Source of the DNA: Clostridia bacterium
GTDB taxonomy: Bacteria > Bacillota > Clostridia > Christensenellales > QALW01
Assembly: GCA_045600145.1 (NCBI GenBank)
Contig: JAZRXI010000093.1
Location: forward strand, 1 to 55,224
Direction of reading: 5' to 3'
DNA: 55,224 nucleotides
In this document: positions 20,473-29,909 of the stretch, piece after piece
Position numbering within the stretch: the stretch's first letter is position 1
Layout: the number at the start of each line of letters is the position of its first letter
Notes under the pieces: model-generated
Database searches by the model: none
What the model was told of the DNA's origin: nothing
What the model saw: the letters and a program-made list of their open reading frames with translations, nothing else
Translations under genes and position numbers: made by a program

Positions 20473-21435
20473 TTAAAAATACAGCGTCACGAACCAAATG
20501 ATCGCGGAAATGATCAACAACGGCTGAAGGTAAATAATATAGCTCGAAACTACGGCTATTTTTCCATCTATGCCGACGCTTGATATCTTTTTTCTGAGGG
20601 CGCGGCGCTTGATAATGGCTTTGACTTTTGTTTTCAAATCATCTACACCGATAATATCGGCAATAATATTCATTCCGTCAAGTCCTTCAAAGAACACAAG
20701 GTTAACCATTGCTATGACAGCATTTTGAAGTCCGGCATAATAAAGTGCGGTGCGCATTAACGGTATTTTTAATGCCAATATGAAAAACACACCTGCAAGC
20801 AGTGCGTTCGCTTCGATTCCCGCGGCATCAATCTGCGCAAGATGAAATCTCCGTTTGATCGTGCTTGTACTCATCAGCGTATATGCCCCGGGCAAAAAAT
20901 TGTTTATCATTACCCCGAACTCAAAGACCTTGCCGCCGTAAGCTATACACGCCGCCGCGTGTGACCATTCGTGCAGAAATATTCCGACAACTATTCCGAG
21001 CAGTTGACCTCCGGTGACTGCCCGGAATGAATACTCGATTTCCATTCCGCGTGCAAGGCAGAGCCCTGTAACTATGGCGGGAATAAATAACAGCATCAAC
21101 AGTAAATTGCTGAAAGAAGAAATCACACGCTTAGCCTTTGGCCATTTCGGGATAAATACAGTCCGGTAATATGAGCCGAATCCCTTCATCAGTGTCATGG
21201 AATCACGCAATAATTCGGATTCTTCGAACATGTCAAGCGCGTCGTTGATTTCGCTTCGGCTCATATGACAATCTATATCATACGGACTTGTTTTTCCGTC
21301 GAGGTTTTTCAAAAGAACGACAAGGGGCGCGTCGATAGTATATTCCTCTTCGGCAAGCCAATTCAAGACCTTATACTGATTTTTATTTATCCTTTTGTAC
21401 AGCAGAAAATTAACTGCCATGGGATATCTTGCCAT
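20473..21435 (-). CDS. M50-family intramembrane metalloprotease with a soluble N-terminal winged-helix-like domain
   Basis: HEWSH in a TM helix, [18 protein letters not shown]; start at ATG 21435 after AGGAG. Confidence 0.75.
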   Translation of the reverse strand: MARYPMAVNFLLYKRINKNQYKVLNWLAEEEYTIDAPLVVLLKNLDGKTSPYDIDCHMSRSEINDALDMFEESELLRDSMTLMKGFGSYYRTVFIPKWPKAKRVISSFSNLLLMLLFIPAIVTGLCLARGMEIEYSFRAVTGGQLLGIVVGIFLHEWSHAAACIAYGGKVFEFGVMINNFLPGAYTLMSTSTIKRRFHLAQIDAAGIEANALLAGVFFILALKIPLMRTALYYAGLQNAVIAMVNLVFFEGLDGMNIIADIIGVDDLKTKVKAIIKRRALRKKISSVGIDGKIAVVSSYIIYLQPLLIISAIIWFVTLYF

Positions 21436-21457
21436 ATGCTTCATCTCCTGCAAAGTA

Positions 21458-22027
21458 TCAGGGCAGAACTGCTATTTCATCGTTGCGGATACCAAACAGC
21501 TTTCTGTCACGGCAGACCGACTTGCATGCGATAACGGTCGCAGGCGAGTATTGGTCGATATGACAAAGCACACAATCGTCTATCAAGCCTAAGCCGCTGT
21601 AATCACTTAGGCTGTAGTTATCATCTTCAAGCTGAGCGACATATCCGATATCGACCGTCGCCAACGAAGCTCCCGCGGAAACGCCGATATAGGTACTTCC
21701 GTTTTTGAGCATTCGTAATATTTCCCCCAAAAAATTGATTTCCCGTAGCTCGAACAACAGTTTGAACGGGTCACCACCCGGAACGTATATGTAATCAAAT
21801 ACGGTGTTTTTTGCCTCTGCCGCATTACCTGCATCGAGAATAAATATGTTCTCCGCAGAAAAGCCGAATGCTACAAGTCCGTCACTTTCGCGGATGCCGG
21901 TATTTATATTATTGAAGCCCGCAAACGGGATCATCAATACTTTTTTATCTTCCGGCTGCGACACATACTCTCTTATTTTTTGCGATACGATCGGACTTCT
22001 GAATCCGAATGAAGATAAAATGATCAT
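21458..22027 (-). CDS. Peptidase S51 (PepE-like, type-1 glutamine-amidotransferase fold)
   Basis: IYVPGGDPF, YIGVSAGA (nucleophile Ser), GLGL..LCH. Confidence 0.85.
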   Translation of the reverse strand: MIILSSFGFRSPIVSQKIREYVSQPEDKKVLMIPFAGFNNINTGIRESDGLVAFGFSAENIFILDAGNAAEAKNTVFDYIYVPGGDPFKLLFELREINFLGEILRMLKNGSTYIGVSAGASLATVDIGYVAQLEDDNYSLSDYSGLGLIDDCVLCHIDQYSPATVIACKSVCRDRKLFGIRNDEIAVLP

Positions 22028-22063
22028 TTTAACACCTCCGTAAATTCATTGCAGATGATACGG

Positions 22064-22471
22064 TCACATTCTTTCGAGGCTCAAACATTCCTTATTCTGG
22101 TTTGACGCGTGATCGCGTATCCACGAACATATTGCTTCATAATTATTTGTATTAAGGTATTCGGAAAGCTCATCCAGATTTTGTTCAAAATCGGAAACCT
22201 TATAGCCGTTCAAAACAAGCAACGTCAACATTGCCAGCATGGCTGTTTCTTCATTTCCCTCATTAAAAACACGGTTTGATACGATCAGGCATCCGAGCTT
22301 TGCCGATTTTTCCACAGTAGTCTTGTATTTATAGAAAAACTCATCAACTTTTTCATACGGTATTTCTGCGATATCTTTTATCTTCGCCTCGTCTTCGCTT
22401 GTGAGGCGTGCTTCATCATTGACTATCTTTTGATTAAGCATAATCAGCTGCTTCGCAGTCAGCTTATTCAT
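22064..22471 (-). CDS. Doc/Fic-family protein with a degenerate active site
   Basis: Doc-like layout (KSAKL..NRVFNEGNEETA..L.LNG) but lacks the His and Lys/Arg of HPFxDGNKR. Confidence 0.7.
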   Translation of the reverse strand: MNKLTAKQLIMLNQKIVNDEARLTSEDEAKIKDIAEIPYEKVDEFFYKYKTTVEKSAKLGCLIVSNRVFNEGNEETAMLAMLTLLVLNGYKVSDFEQNLDELSEYLNTNNYEAICSWIRDHASNQNKECLSLERM

Positions 22472-22506
22472 AAATTAAAACTCCAATCATTTGTCTAATA
22501 TGCTTT

Positions 22507-24498
22507 TTACTCATTGTTATTCAGAAATCTTTTTCTGAACAGCGCAATGTTCTGGCTGCCGACAACTTCGACATCCTTATCATGAACGGTACCCATATAA
22601 CGTGGATTATCACCTTCGCCGTATTTATCTGAAAGATATCTGATGATCCGCTTTTTGGCTTTTTTTGTAACTACGGAATCGAGCCAGCTTATCCGTGCGT
22701 GATGGATACATTCCTTTGTTACACCGTTTTCACGGTATGTATCGGATTCCACAATGACCTTATCGCCATCTTGAACGATATTGTAAATAGAGGCTTTCTG
22801 TCCGTTGATAAGCGCAGAACGTGCCGAGAAGCCGACCTCCTCGTGTATCGCAAACGCCACGTCGAGCACGGTAGCCCCCTTGGGAAGCATGATGATTTTC
22901 CCGTTTCTTAGCGTGATATTGATAGTTTCCGACACATTATCGTCGCTTTCGTCCGCCTCATTCGCATAGACTGCTGAGCCGTTACCGAATTTATATGCCA
23001 AATAATCATCGACCATGCTGAAACAACAGCGGAATCTGTTTCTGAAGCTGTCCTCAACGGTAATGATAAAACGGTTGTATTCGTCGGTCATGAAATCGGT
23101 TATTGCTCTTCCTGTTTCATTGATATGCTTCGAAAACATTTTTACAAACATCGAAGCGAATGAATCAATAGTGCCGTTTTTATCTCTTGAATCGAGAATG
23201 ATATCAAAATCACATATCGGGACGACCTTTTTATCCACCTGCTCCGCAGTGATGACATTCTGCCCGATGGCGTTTTTTATAAAATCATACACTTCGTGCG
23301 GAAGATAAAGGCGTCTCTTTACCTGAACATCGAACCCTTGTATATCAAGCATGGATTTACAGCTCCGGTTAAAATCCTCGCCGAGGTGATTGCAGAGGAT
23401 GTTTTCCATTTCTTCGATAAAATCGTTGTTTTTTTCCACCATGTCAAGGTATGATGCCTTTATCTTCTCATAACGGTTCAAATCACTTGTGCGCCAATTC
23501 AAGTCCTCGATGATCGACACAAAATAATTCAAATTGTACTTTTTGAACAGAGGAAGATATGCCGAAACAGTCTCATCTATTTTTCTGTGCTTTTTCTCGC
23601 TGTTCATTATGTCGATGGTTTGAAGGTTGTGTATTCGGTCAGCGGCTTTGATATAAAGCGCAAAAATCATAAACGGGTCGGCAGATACCGTTTGCGCAAG
23701 TTTTTTTACCGTCAGCTCATCGCGCTCCGCTTTGTCAAGCTGATGATACTCAATGCTTTGCGATTCCTCAAATTCTCTGTCTACGGAGGTAACGGCTTCA
23801 ACTAATTGTGCTACACGGACACCGCATTTTTCTTTGATCGCTTTTTTTGCCGCAGAACTGTTTTCAAGCGTATCCTCGGCTACATCGTGCAGTAATGCCG
23901 CCGCGACGATCGCACTTTCAACGCCCTCGTTGGCAAGGATCCTTGCGACGCAGATCGGATGTACAAGATACGGCTCGCCCGACTGCCTTTTCGGCGAATC
24001 ATAATGCGCTTCGCGTGCCAAACCGTATGCCTTGGAAATAGATACCGAATCCGGAATGCCGTTTTTGTTCATAATGCGCATCATGGATTCGTACATCTTA
24101 TCGCAAACTCTCATCGCTATATAGTATTCTATACTTTCGCCATCCGATACGTTTGGCTTTCGCGGAGCTTTTCGCACTGCCTCCGCCGTCCATTCAAAGT
24201 AATGCTTTGCACGGTTTTCACGGAATACGGTTTCAAAAACGGTAAGACTTGCTTTGCCGCACATGTAATCCTTATATAACAGCATGGCAATGATGTCATC
24301 TACCTCGGGTTCCATTTTTCCGCACATCAAAGCCGCTTCCTTTATTCGGTGAATAAACGCTTCATCGGACTTTCCGTTATCCCACGCAAGGTCAAGTGCC
24401 GATATTACGTCATCCGTTCCGGATTTGGACATTTTGCCGACGGTGTCGATTATTTCGCGGACGCTGTCGATTTCCTTTAATTCGGGATAAAGCTTCAT
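22507..24498 (-). CDS. RelA/SpoT homolog: pseudo-HD + HD hydrolase + degenerate synthetase + TGS
   Basis: RQSGEPYLVHP, AALLHDVAEDT, IKAADRIHN; TGS LPKGATVLDVAFAIHEEVG..ALING; synthetase motifs absent; no ACT domain. Confidence 0.85.
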   Translation of the reverse strand: MKLYPELKEIDSVREIIDTVGKMSKSGTDDVISALDLAWDNGKSDEAFIHRIKEAALMCGKMEPEVDDIIAMLLYKDYMCGKASLTVFETVFRENRAKHYFEWTAEAVRKAPRKPNVSDGESIEYYIAMRVCDKMYESMMRIMNKNGIPDSVSISKAYGLAREAHYDSPKRQSGEPYLVHPICVARILANEGVESAIVAAALLHDVAEDTLENSSAAKKAIKEKCGVRVAQLVEAVTSVDREFEESQSIEYHQLDKAERDELTVKKLAQTVSADPFMIFALYIKAADRIHNLQTIDIMNSEKKHRKIDETVSAYLPLFKKYNLNYFVSIIEDLNWRTSDLNRYEKIKASYLDMVEKNNDFIEEMENILCNHLGEDFNRSCKSMLDIQGFDVQVKRRLYLPHEVYDFIKNAIGQNVITAEQVDKKVVPICDFDIILDSRDKNGTIDSFASMFVKMFSKHINETGRAITDFMTDEYNRFIITVEDSFRNRFRCCFSMVDDYLAYKFGNGSAVYANEADESDDNVSETINITLRNGKIIMLPKGATVLDVAFAIHEEVGFSARSALINGQKASIYNIVQDGDKVIVESDTYRENGVTKECIHHARISWLDSVVTKKAKKRIIRYLSDKYGEGDNPRYMGTVHDKDVEVVGSQNIALFRKRFLNNNE

Positions 24499-24522
24499 AG
24501 TTCAAGCTCCTTTCGTCGCGCC

Positions 24523-25665
24523 TCACTTACTGAGACCGCCATTATATTTTTTTATCAGGGCGAATACCTTTCTGTCCTCTTCCTCACTCACCGTGCCCAC
24601 ACAGCACAAATTCTTTTTAACATAATTCCCGATGAGCTGATTGAGACGGTTGGAAACTATCGCTTCCTTGTCGTTGTCATCAAGAAAGCTTGTCGCGGCT
24701 GATGCACCGTCATAAAGCTTTTTGCATATCGCGCACAGCTCGACGGATTCATCTGTCGAAGTGATCGTCGCCGATGCCATATTAAGATGCTCTGCGATAA
24801 CATCTGGCGAGCATCCCAGCGTATATTTGGAAAGGATGATTTTTTGAGCTACCGGCATATGCTGTCGTCCGTGTGCTACGGACGCGACACTGCCGATGCC
24901 TCCGATAAAATCCGTATCGGTCTTTTTTTGAGGTGAATAAAGTACTATAAGCGCGTTATCGCCGTATTTACTGCTGCCGATATTTATGAAGGTATGGTGA
25001 TCGCTGAATTCAACATCGCCGTCATAAATACCCGAGGTATTATAATATGCCTGCCGAATAAAATCATTGCGGTCATTTATGCTGATTTCCGCCGAAAATA
25101 TTTCTTCCAGCTTTTTCTTGAGCTCAAACGCACTGTCCTTTTCCTCATCCTTAAAAAAAGCCGCTATCGCTTTTGCCGAAACATCCCCGTTTACGCCGTT
25201 TATATCATCGTAGACAGAAAGAACGCCGTATCTCAATTCGCGTGTGGCTTTATGTGCCTGCTCGTCGCCGGATTTCGTCTGATCGAAGTAATAGCAAAGA
25301 TAACAGCCGATAAAATCACTTCTCTTCAGCATTTTCTTTGTTTCTACCGTGACACCTTTCTTTTGCTGTAAAACATATTGAGGGTCAAAGCTGTCATTTA
25401 TCAAATCGTCGATATGCAGATCAAGCCCTTTTCCCTTAAAAACCTCCAGTGCGCAAATATTTGCAAGATACGCAACGGACGGAGCGCGTTCGCCTTTGAT
25501 ATAATTGCTGAGTGCGGGCTCCGACACGCTTGTTTTTCTTGCAAATTCCGCCTGGCTCCATTCGACGGCAGTGCACAGCTTCATAATATTATTTCCGATG
25601 TTCTTGGCGATCTTGTCTTTGTCCACCACATAGTCATAAAAAATATCCGTATCTCTCGTGCTCAT
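24523..25665 (-). CDS. XRE-family HTH regulator with a large uncharacterised C-terminal domain
   Basis: WSQAEFARKTSVSEPALSNYIKGERAPS; start at ATG 25665 after GGGAGG. Confidence 0.85.
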   Translation of the reverse strand: MSTRDTDIFYDYVVDKDKIAKNIGNNIMKLCTAVEWSQAEFARKTSVSEPALSNYIKGERAPSVAYLANICALEVFKGKGLDLHIDDLINDSFDPQYVLQQKKGVTVETKKMLKRSDFIGCYLCYYFDQTKSGDEQAHKATRELRYGVLSVYDDINGVNGDVSAKAIAAFFKDEEKDSAFELKKKLEEIFSAEISINDRNDFIRQAYYNTSGIYDGDVEFSDHHTFINIGSSKYGDNALIVLYSPQKKTDTDFIGGIGSVASVAHGRQHMPVAQKIILSKYTLGCSPDVIAEHLNMASATITSTDESVELCAICKKLYDGASAATSFLDDNDKEAIVSNRLNQLIGNYVKKNLCCVGTVSEEEDRKVFALIKKYNGGLSK

Positions 25666-25697
25666 ATTCCGATCCTCCCGCTTTTTGATTTGGTAGT

Positions 25698-25726
25698 ATA
25701 ATAGCACGATTATTTATGTCTGTCAA
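25698..25726 (-). promoter_or_regulatory. SigA promoter heading the XRE-RSH-Doc-peptidase operon
   Basis: TTGACA-17-TATTAT with an extended TG. Confidence 0.7.
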
Positions 25727-26082
25727 CACTTTGTGAACGATTAATTTTGCTTTTTCATAATATACTTTTTCAATGCCAAAACAGTTTCGCATTAGTAAAT
25801 GGATGCGTTCGCTTTTTGCCAAACATTTGTTAAGTTTTGTACAAAACGATGATTTTATACAAAATTCACATTCGTATCGGTTATTTACATTTGTATTGTG
25901 TGCCCAATAAAAAAACAGTGAGCTTAGCAAGCCGGAATGTACACCAAAATATCAGACTCCATTCAAAGCACAAAACCCGAGGATCGCACATAAAATGCAA
26001 GACATTCATGTGAAACCACGGGTTTCGTTCCGTTAATGAAGATATTAAATATTAAAGTTGTGTTTTTGATGCTTAAAACAGT

Positions 26083-28318
26083 TTACAGCAGATCCACCCA
26101 ATCCGCGATATTCCCCTTATGGAACACATACGGGTCAAGTCCTATGATACACGAGCCGCCATCGGAAGCGGATATGGTTTCATAGTCCTTTCCGTTGTAC
26201 GAAAAAACACTGCCGATTTTTCCGTCGTAATGACCATCTGACGAAGCCAACGTGACTGCGGCAACGATCTCCCCGAGATCCCTTACGTTCCACAGGAGCA
26301 TATACGGACAGATATAATCAAATGCGTTGTCATCCGATGATTTGGGCATATAATCTTTCATTTCACTCGGAAGTCCGAGTCCCGTGAGCTTTATATCCGA
26401 GCCCGATGATTTCAGCGCTTCGCCTGCCGCAAACATCCCTATCGTGGTCGGCGAAATTATCATATCCACTTTGTTCTCTGCAATAAAGGCATCCGCCTGC
26501 CTGCGGCTTTCGTTAGGCTCGTCATTGCCGTACTTGACATCGAGCTTCAGCTCGACCTTGTCCTTATACATATCCTTTTGAAGCTCCTGCTCCATACATT
26601 TGATCCAGAGATTCTGTATCGGTGTATCGACTGCTGCACCCAATGCTCCGAATTTGAGCGTTTTTCCCGAATAGTTTTTCAGCGCATCCTGCACTGCTCT
26701 TTCAGCGTAAAGACCGATACCTTGACAAGATCAACCGGCACGGACGAATATTTCGCGGTCGTCTCAGCGTTACCCATTATATAAACCATTCTGCCGAATT
26801 TGGTCTTTGCAAGCAAAATACCAAGAATCACCGCGACCGCAAGAAAGCATACATTGTTCCCAAAGTGACTATCATGGGCAGAATTTTCATTTTCCCCGCT
26901 AAAAATCCGTTTATAGCGCCGCAGATACATCCGATAGCAATACCGACGATCATCCATACAAAAACGGGGATTTGCGGAAAAGCAAGCAAAAGCCTCGTGA
27001 CGGTCACACCGCTCAAGCCAAGCACCGAGCCTATTGATATGTCGATACCGCCTGTCAACAGAACAAACATGATGCCCGTTGTAAGTATCGCGTATACTGC
27101 GTTGTTTGCAAGCATGGATGTGATCGATTTGAAGCTGTAAAACGACGGAGTGAAGTTGAGCAGTTTTGCAAAAACCACCTTTTGCTGATTCCCGCCCGAA
27201 AGCGACGATGGCTTTGCAGCGATATTTCTTGCCTTGAGGCTGAATTTTTCACACAGTTCCAACGTTCTGTCCATTTCCGCCTTTTGAGACAGCATACCGT
27301 GTCTTACGAAACGGTCAAGGTCGGATACGGTAACGTTTTGGTATATCGGAAGTTCTCCTATAAGTCCCTGAGTAAGACGATCTTCCGGCAGAAGCCCGAT
27401 GCTTTCTTGATGCCGAACACCGTCTGACAGACCTCTGTTCGTCCCGCGCCGACAAGTCCGGTCAGCGCAAGTATCTCTCCGCGACGCACGCCAAAGGAGA
27501 TATCCTTGAAAAAGCCCTCACAGCTTAAGTTCTCAATGTGCAATATCTCCTCGCCAATGCTCGCGGTCTTTTCGGGATAGAGTTTATCGAGTTTTCTGCC
27601 GACCATCGCCATTATCAAATCCGAATCAGATATGCCGTCAACGTTCCATGTGCCGATATATTCCGCGTCTCGCAGCACAGCGACTCTTGTAGCAAGACGG
27701 TACATATCCTCGAATCTATGCGTTATGAATATCATCGAAACTCCGTCTTCTCGCAGGCGGTTAACTATTTTGTAAAGCTCCTCGCACTCATACTGCGTCA
27801 GTGATGCCGTCGGCTCATCAAATATAAGCACATTCGCGTTTCTCGAAAGTGCTTTGGCTATCTCCACTATTTGTTGTTGCGCAACGCTCAGCGCCGACAT
27901 CGGCTTAGTCACGTCTATACCGTGTGAAAACGGCTCTATATACGATTCGGCAAGCTGTCACATTTTACGCCAATCATAAGTACCGAGCTTGGTGAGTATC
28001 TCTTTCCCCATGAATATGTTTTCGGTAACGGACAGATCAGGAAACACCGTTGCATGCTGATATATTGCGGCAATTCCCATATTTTGCGATTCGATCGTGT
28101 TTTTTGGGCGATACACGCCTTCCGTTGTATATCATCTCACCGCCGCAGGGTTGATATACTCCCGTGATGATTTTTATGAACGTGGATTTGCCCGCTCCGT
28201 TTTCGCCCATGAGTGCATGGACTTCACCGCGTTTCAGATGAAAGTTCATGCCGTTGAGTACAACCGAGCTGCCGAACGTTTTTACTATATCATGCAACTC
28301 CAAAATGTACTCGTCCAA
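26083..28318 (-). pseudogene. Eroded monosaccharide (rhamnose-type) ABC transporter operon: ATPase, permease and binding-protein fragments
   Basis: [52 protein letters not shown] fragments joined by a frameshift, an in-frame TGA (27958-27960) and several internal deletions. Confidence 0.88.
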
Positions 28319-28344
28319 CAATACTCCCCCTAACATATTGATTT

Positions 28345-29691
28345 TTACAAATTACTCTTTTGACTGTATTCCTTTTCCCATGCCTTTTTGCTTCTATTGC
28401 AGAGAAGTAATGAAAAAAGCATCACTGCGCTTTCGGATATCAGTGAAGCCCACCATATCGCGTCCGAACGGAACACGGCAAATATCAGCAAAAGCATGAG
28501 TGAATGTACGAATGCGCCGCGTCCCGCGCTTATCGTCACGGCATACGACGGCTTGTTCATCGCCGAAAAATAGCTCATTGTCGGAAGGCTGATCGCGGCC
28601 GGAATATATGAAAGTGCATACCGTTTAAGCCAAGTTTGTGCGAAAGCAAGCATTTCACCGCCGGCACCCGGCAAAAAAAGCTTTATAATGTACGGTGCAA
28701 ATGAGAATATCATTATCACAAAAAACAGAGCGGACGCAAACTCGACCGTGATTCCGTAACATAACAGCTTTTTACAGCTTGAAAAATCCCGTTGACCGCG
28801 AGCATAACCAACGAGCGGTTCCATTCCGAAGCCCGCTCCGTTCATGAAATTTATAATCAGACTGTTCACATACGCAATGACGGCAAACACAGATACACCG
28901 ATATCACCGAACAGCTTATACGATATAATATTGTATAGCCACAGTATTATCGCCACACACAGTTCAGTCAGTCCGTCCGAGGCACCTATGAGAAAAAAGC
29001 ATTTGATATTTTCTTTTTTCGGCAATATAAATGAAAAACGGAGCAGTGTTTTGTCATCCGAGTGTATCATGACGGCAAACACCACGCAGGTGAGCAACTG
29101 CGATATTCCCGTCGCCACCGCCGCGCCTGCCACGCCCAAATCGAATACGGCAATAAAAATCCAATCAAGCAGCACATTCAGTGCCTGCGACAGAATAACA
29201 GTCATCATGCACGGTATCTGCTTGCCGTCCTCTTTTATGAGATATTCAAGATCGTATTCGATAACGATGGATGGAATGAACGGTGCAAGATACAGCAGAT
29301 ATTCCGACGCGGGTGCGTAAAGTGCGCCCTTTGCTCCGAGAAAAGCACAAAGCGGTCTTATAAATATCGCAGTTATCGCCGCAAGCGCCACGCTTATCAC
29401 CGAAACGAAAAGAATGCTTTGCGAAAACAATTCTCCCGCTTCACTCTTTTTTCCCGCGCCTGCACGCTCTGCAACGGTTATCCCGGTGCCTGCGCTGAAT
29501 GTTATGGCAAGACAATAGAGAATATTCATCAGCGGAATGGCAAGATTCACGCCGGCAAGCGAACGTTCTCCTACATAGTTACCGATAAATATTCCGTCTA
29601 TCATGCTGTAGATCTGAAAAATACAAAGATTTACTATGTTCGGTATCGCAAATTTTGCATAAGCCTTTTTCAGATTTTCGCCATGTGTCAT
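28345..29691 (-). CDS. MATE-family efflux transporter
   Basis: [33 protein letters not shown]; about 12 TM segments. Confidence 0.92.
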   Translation of the reverse strand: MTHGENLKKAYAKFAIPNIVNLCIFQIYSMIDGIFIGNYVGERSLAGVNLAIPLMNILYCLAITFSAGTGITVAERAGAGKKSEAGELFSQSILFVSVISVALAAITAIFIRPLCAFLGAKGALYAPASEYLLYLAPFIPSIVIEYDLEYLIKEDGKQIPCMMTVILSQALNVLLDWIFIAVFDLGVAGAAVATGISQLLTCVVFAVMIHSDDKTLLRFSFILPKKENIKCFFLIGASDGLTELCVAIILWLYNIISYKLFGDIGVSVFAVIAYVNSLIINFMNGAGFGMEPLVGYARGQRDFSSCKKLLCYGITVEFASALFFVIMIFSFAPYIIKLFLPGAGGEMLAFAQTWLKRYALSYIPAAISLPTMSYFSAMNKPSYAVTISAGRGAFVHSLMLLLIFAVFRSDAIWWASLISESAVMLFSLLLCNRSKKAWEKEYSQKSNL

Positions 29692-29879
29692 TTATGTTGT
29701 CCTTTGCTCATAACTATATATGTTTATTATACTGCAAACATTATTTTTAGTAAAGCACCGTAACAAATATATTTTCGCCCGGTCATGTACATCAATACTA
29801 TAGTTTCTCGTAGTTCTTTTGTTTATCCTCATCGGCTTCTGTTTTTGACCCCACCACTATGGCGGGGTTTTGTGGTTGC

Positions 29880-29907
29880 AAAAAAGAGAGCGATCCCGCT
29901 CTCTTAA
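29880..29907 (-). terminator. Terminator of the cobalamin ECF operon
   Basis: AAGAGAGCG-GGAT-CGCTCTCTT followed by a T run on the minus strand. Confidence 0.75.
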
Positions 29908-29909
29908 AA

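Noticed and set aside
20473-25726. Prophage or ICE origin of the cassette
   Set aside because: No integrase, transposase, phage genes or flanking att repeats are visible.
25634-25993. Precursor peptide for the M50 protease (ORF 25634-25930 or the 18-aa ORF at 25937)
   Set aside because: No RBS, the longer ORF overlaps the promoter, and neither has a leader/core pattern.
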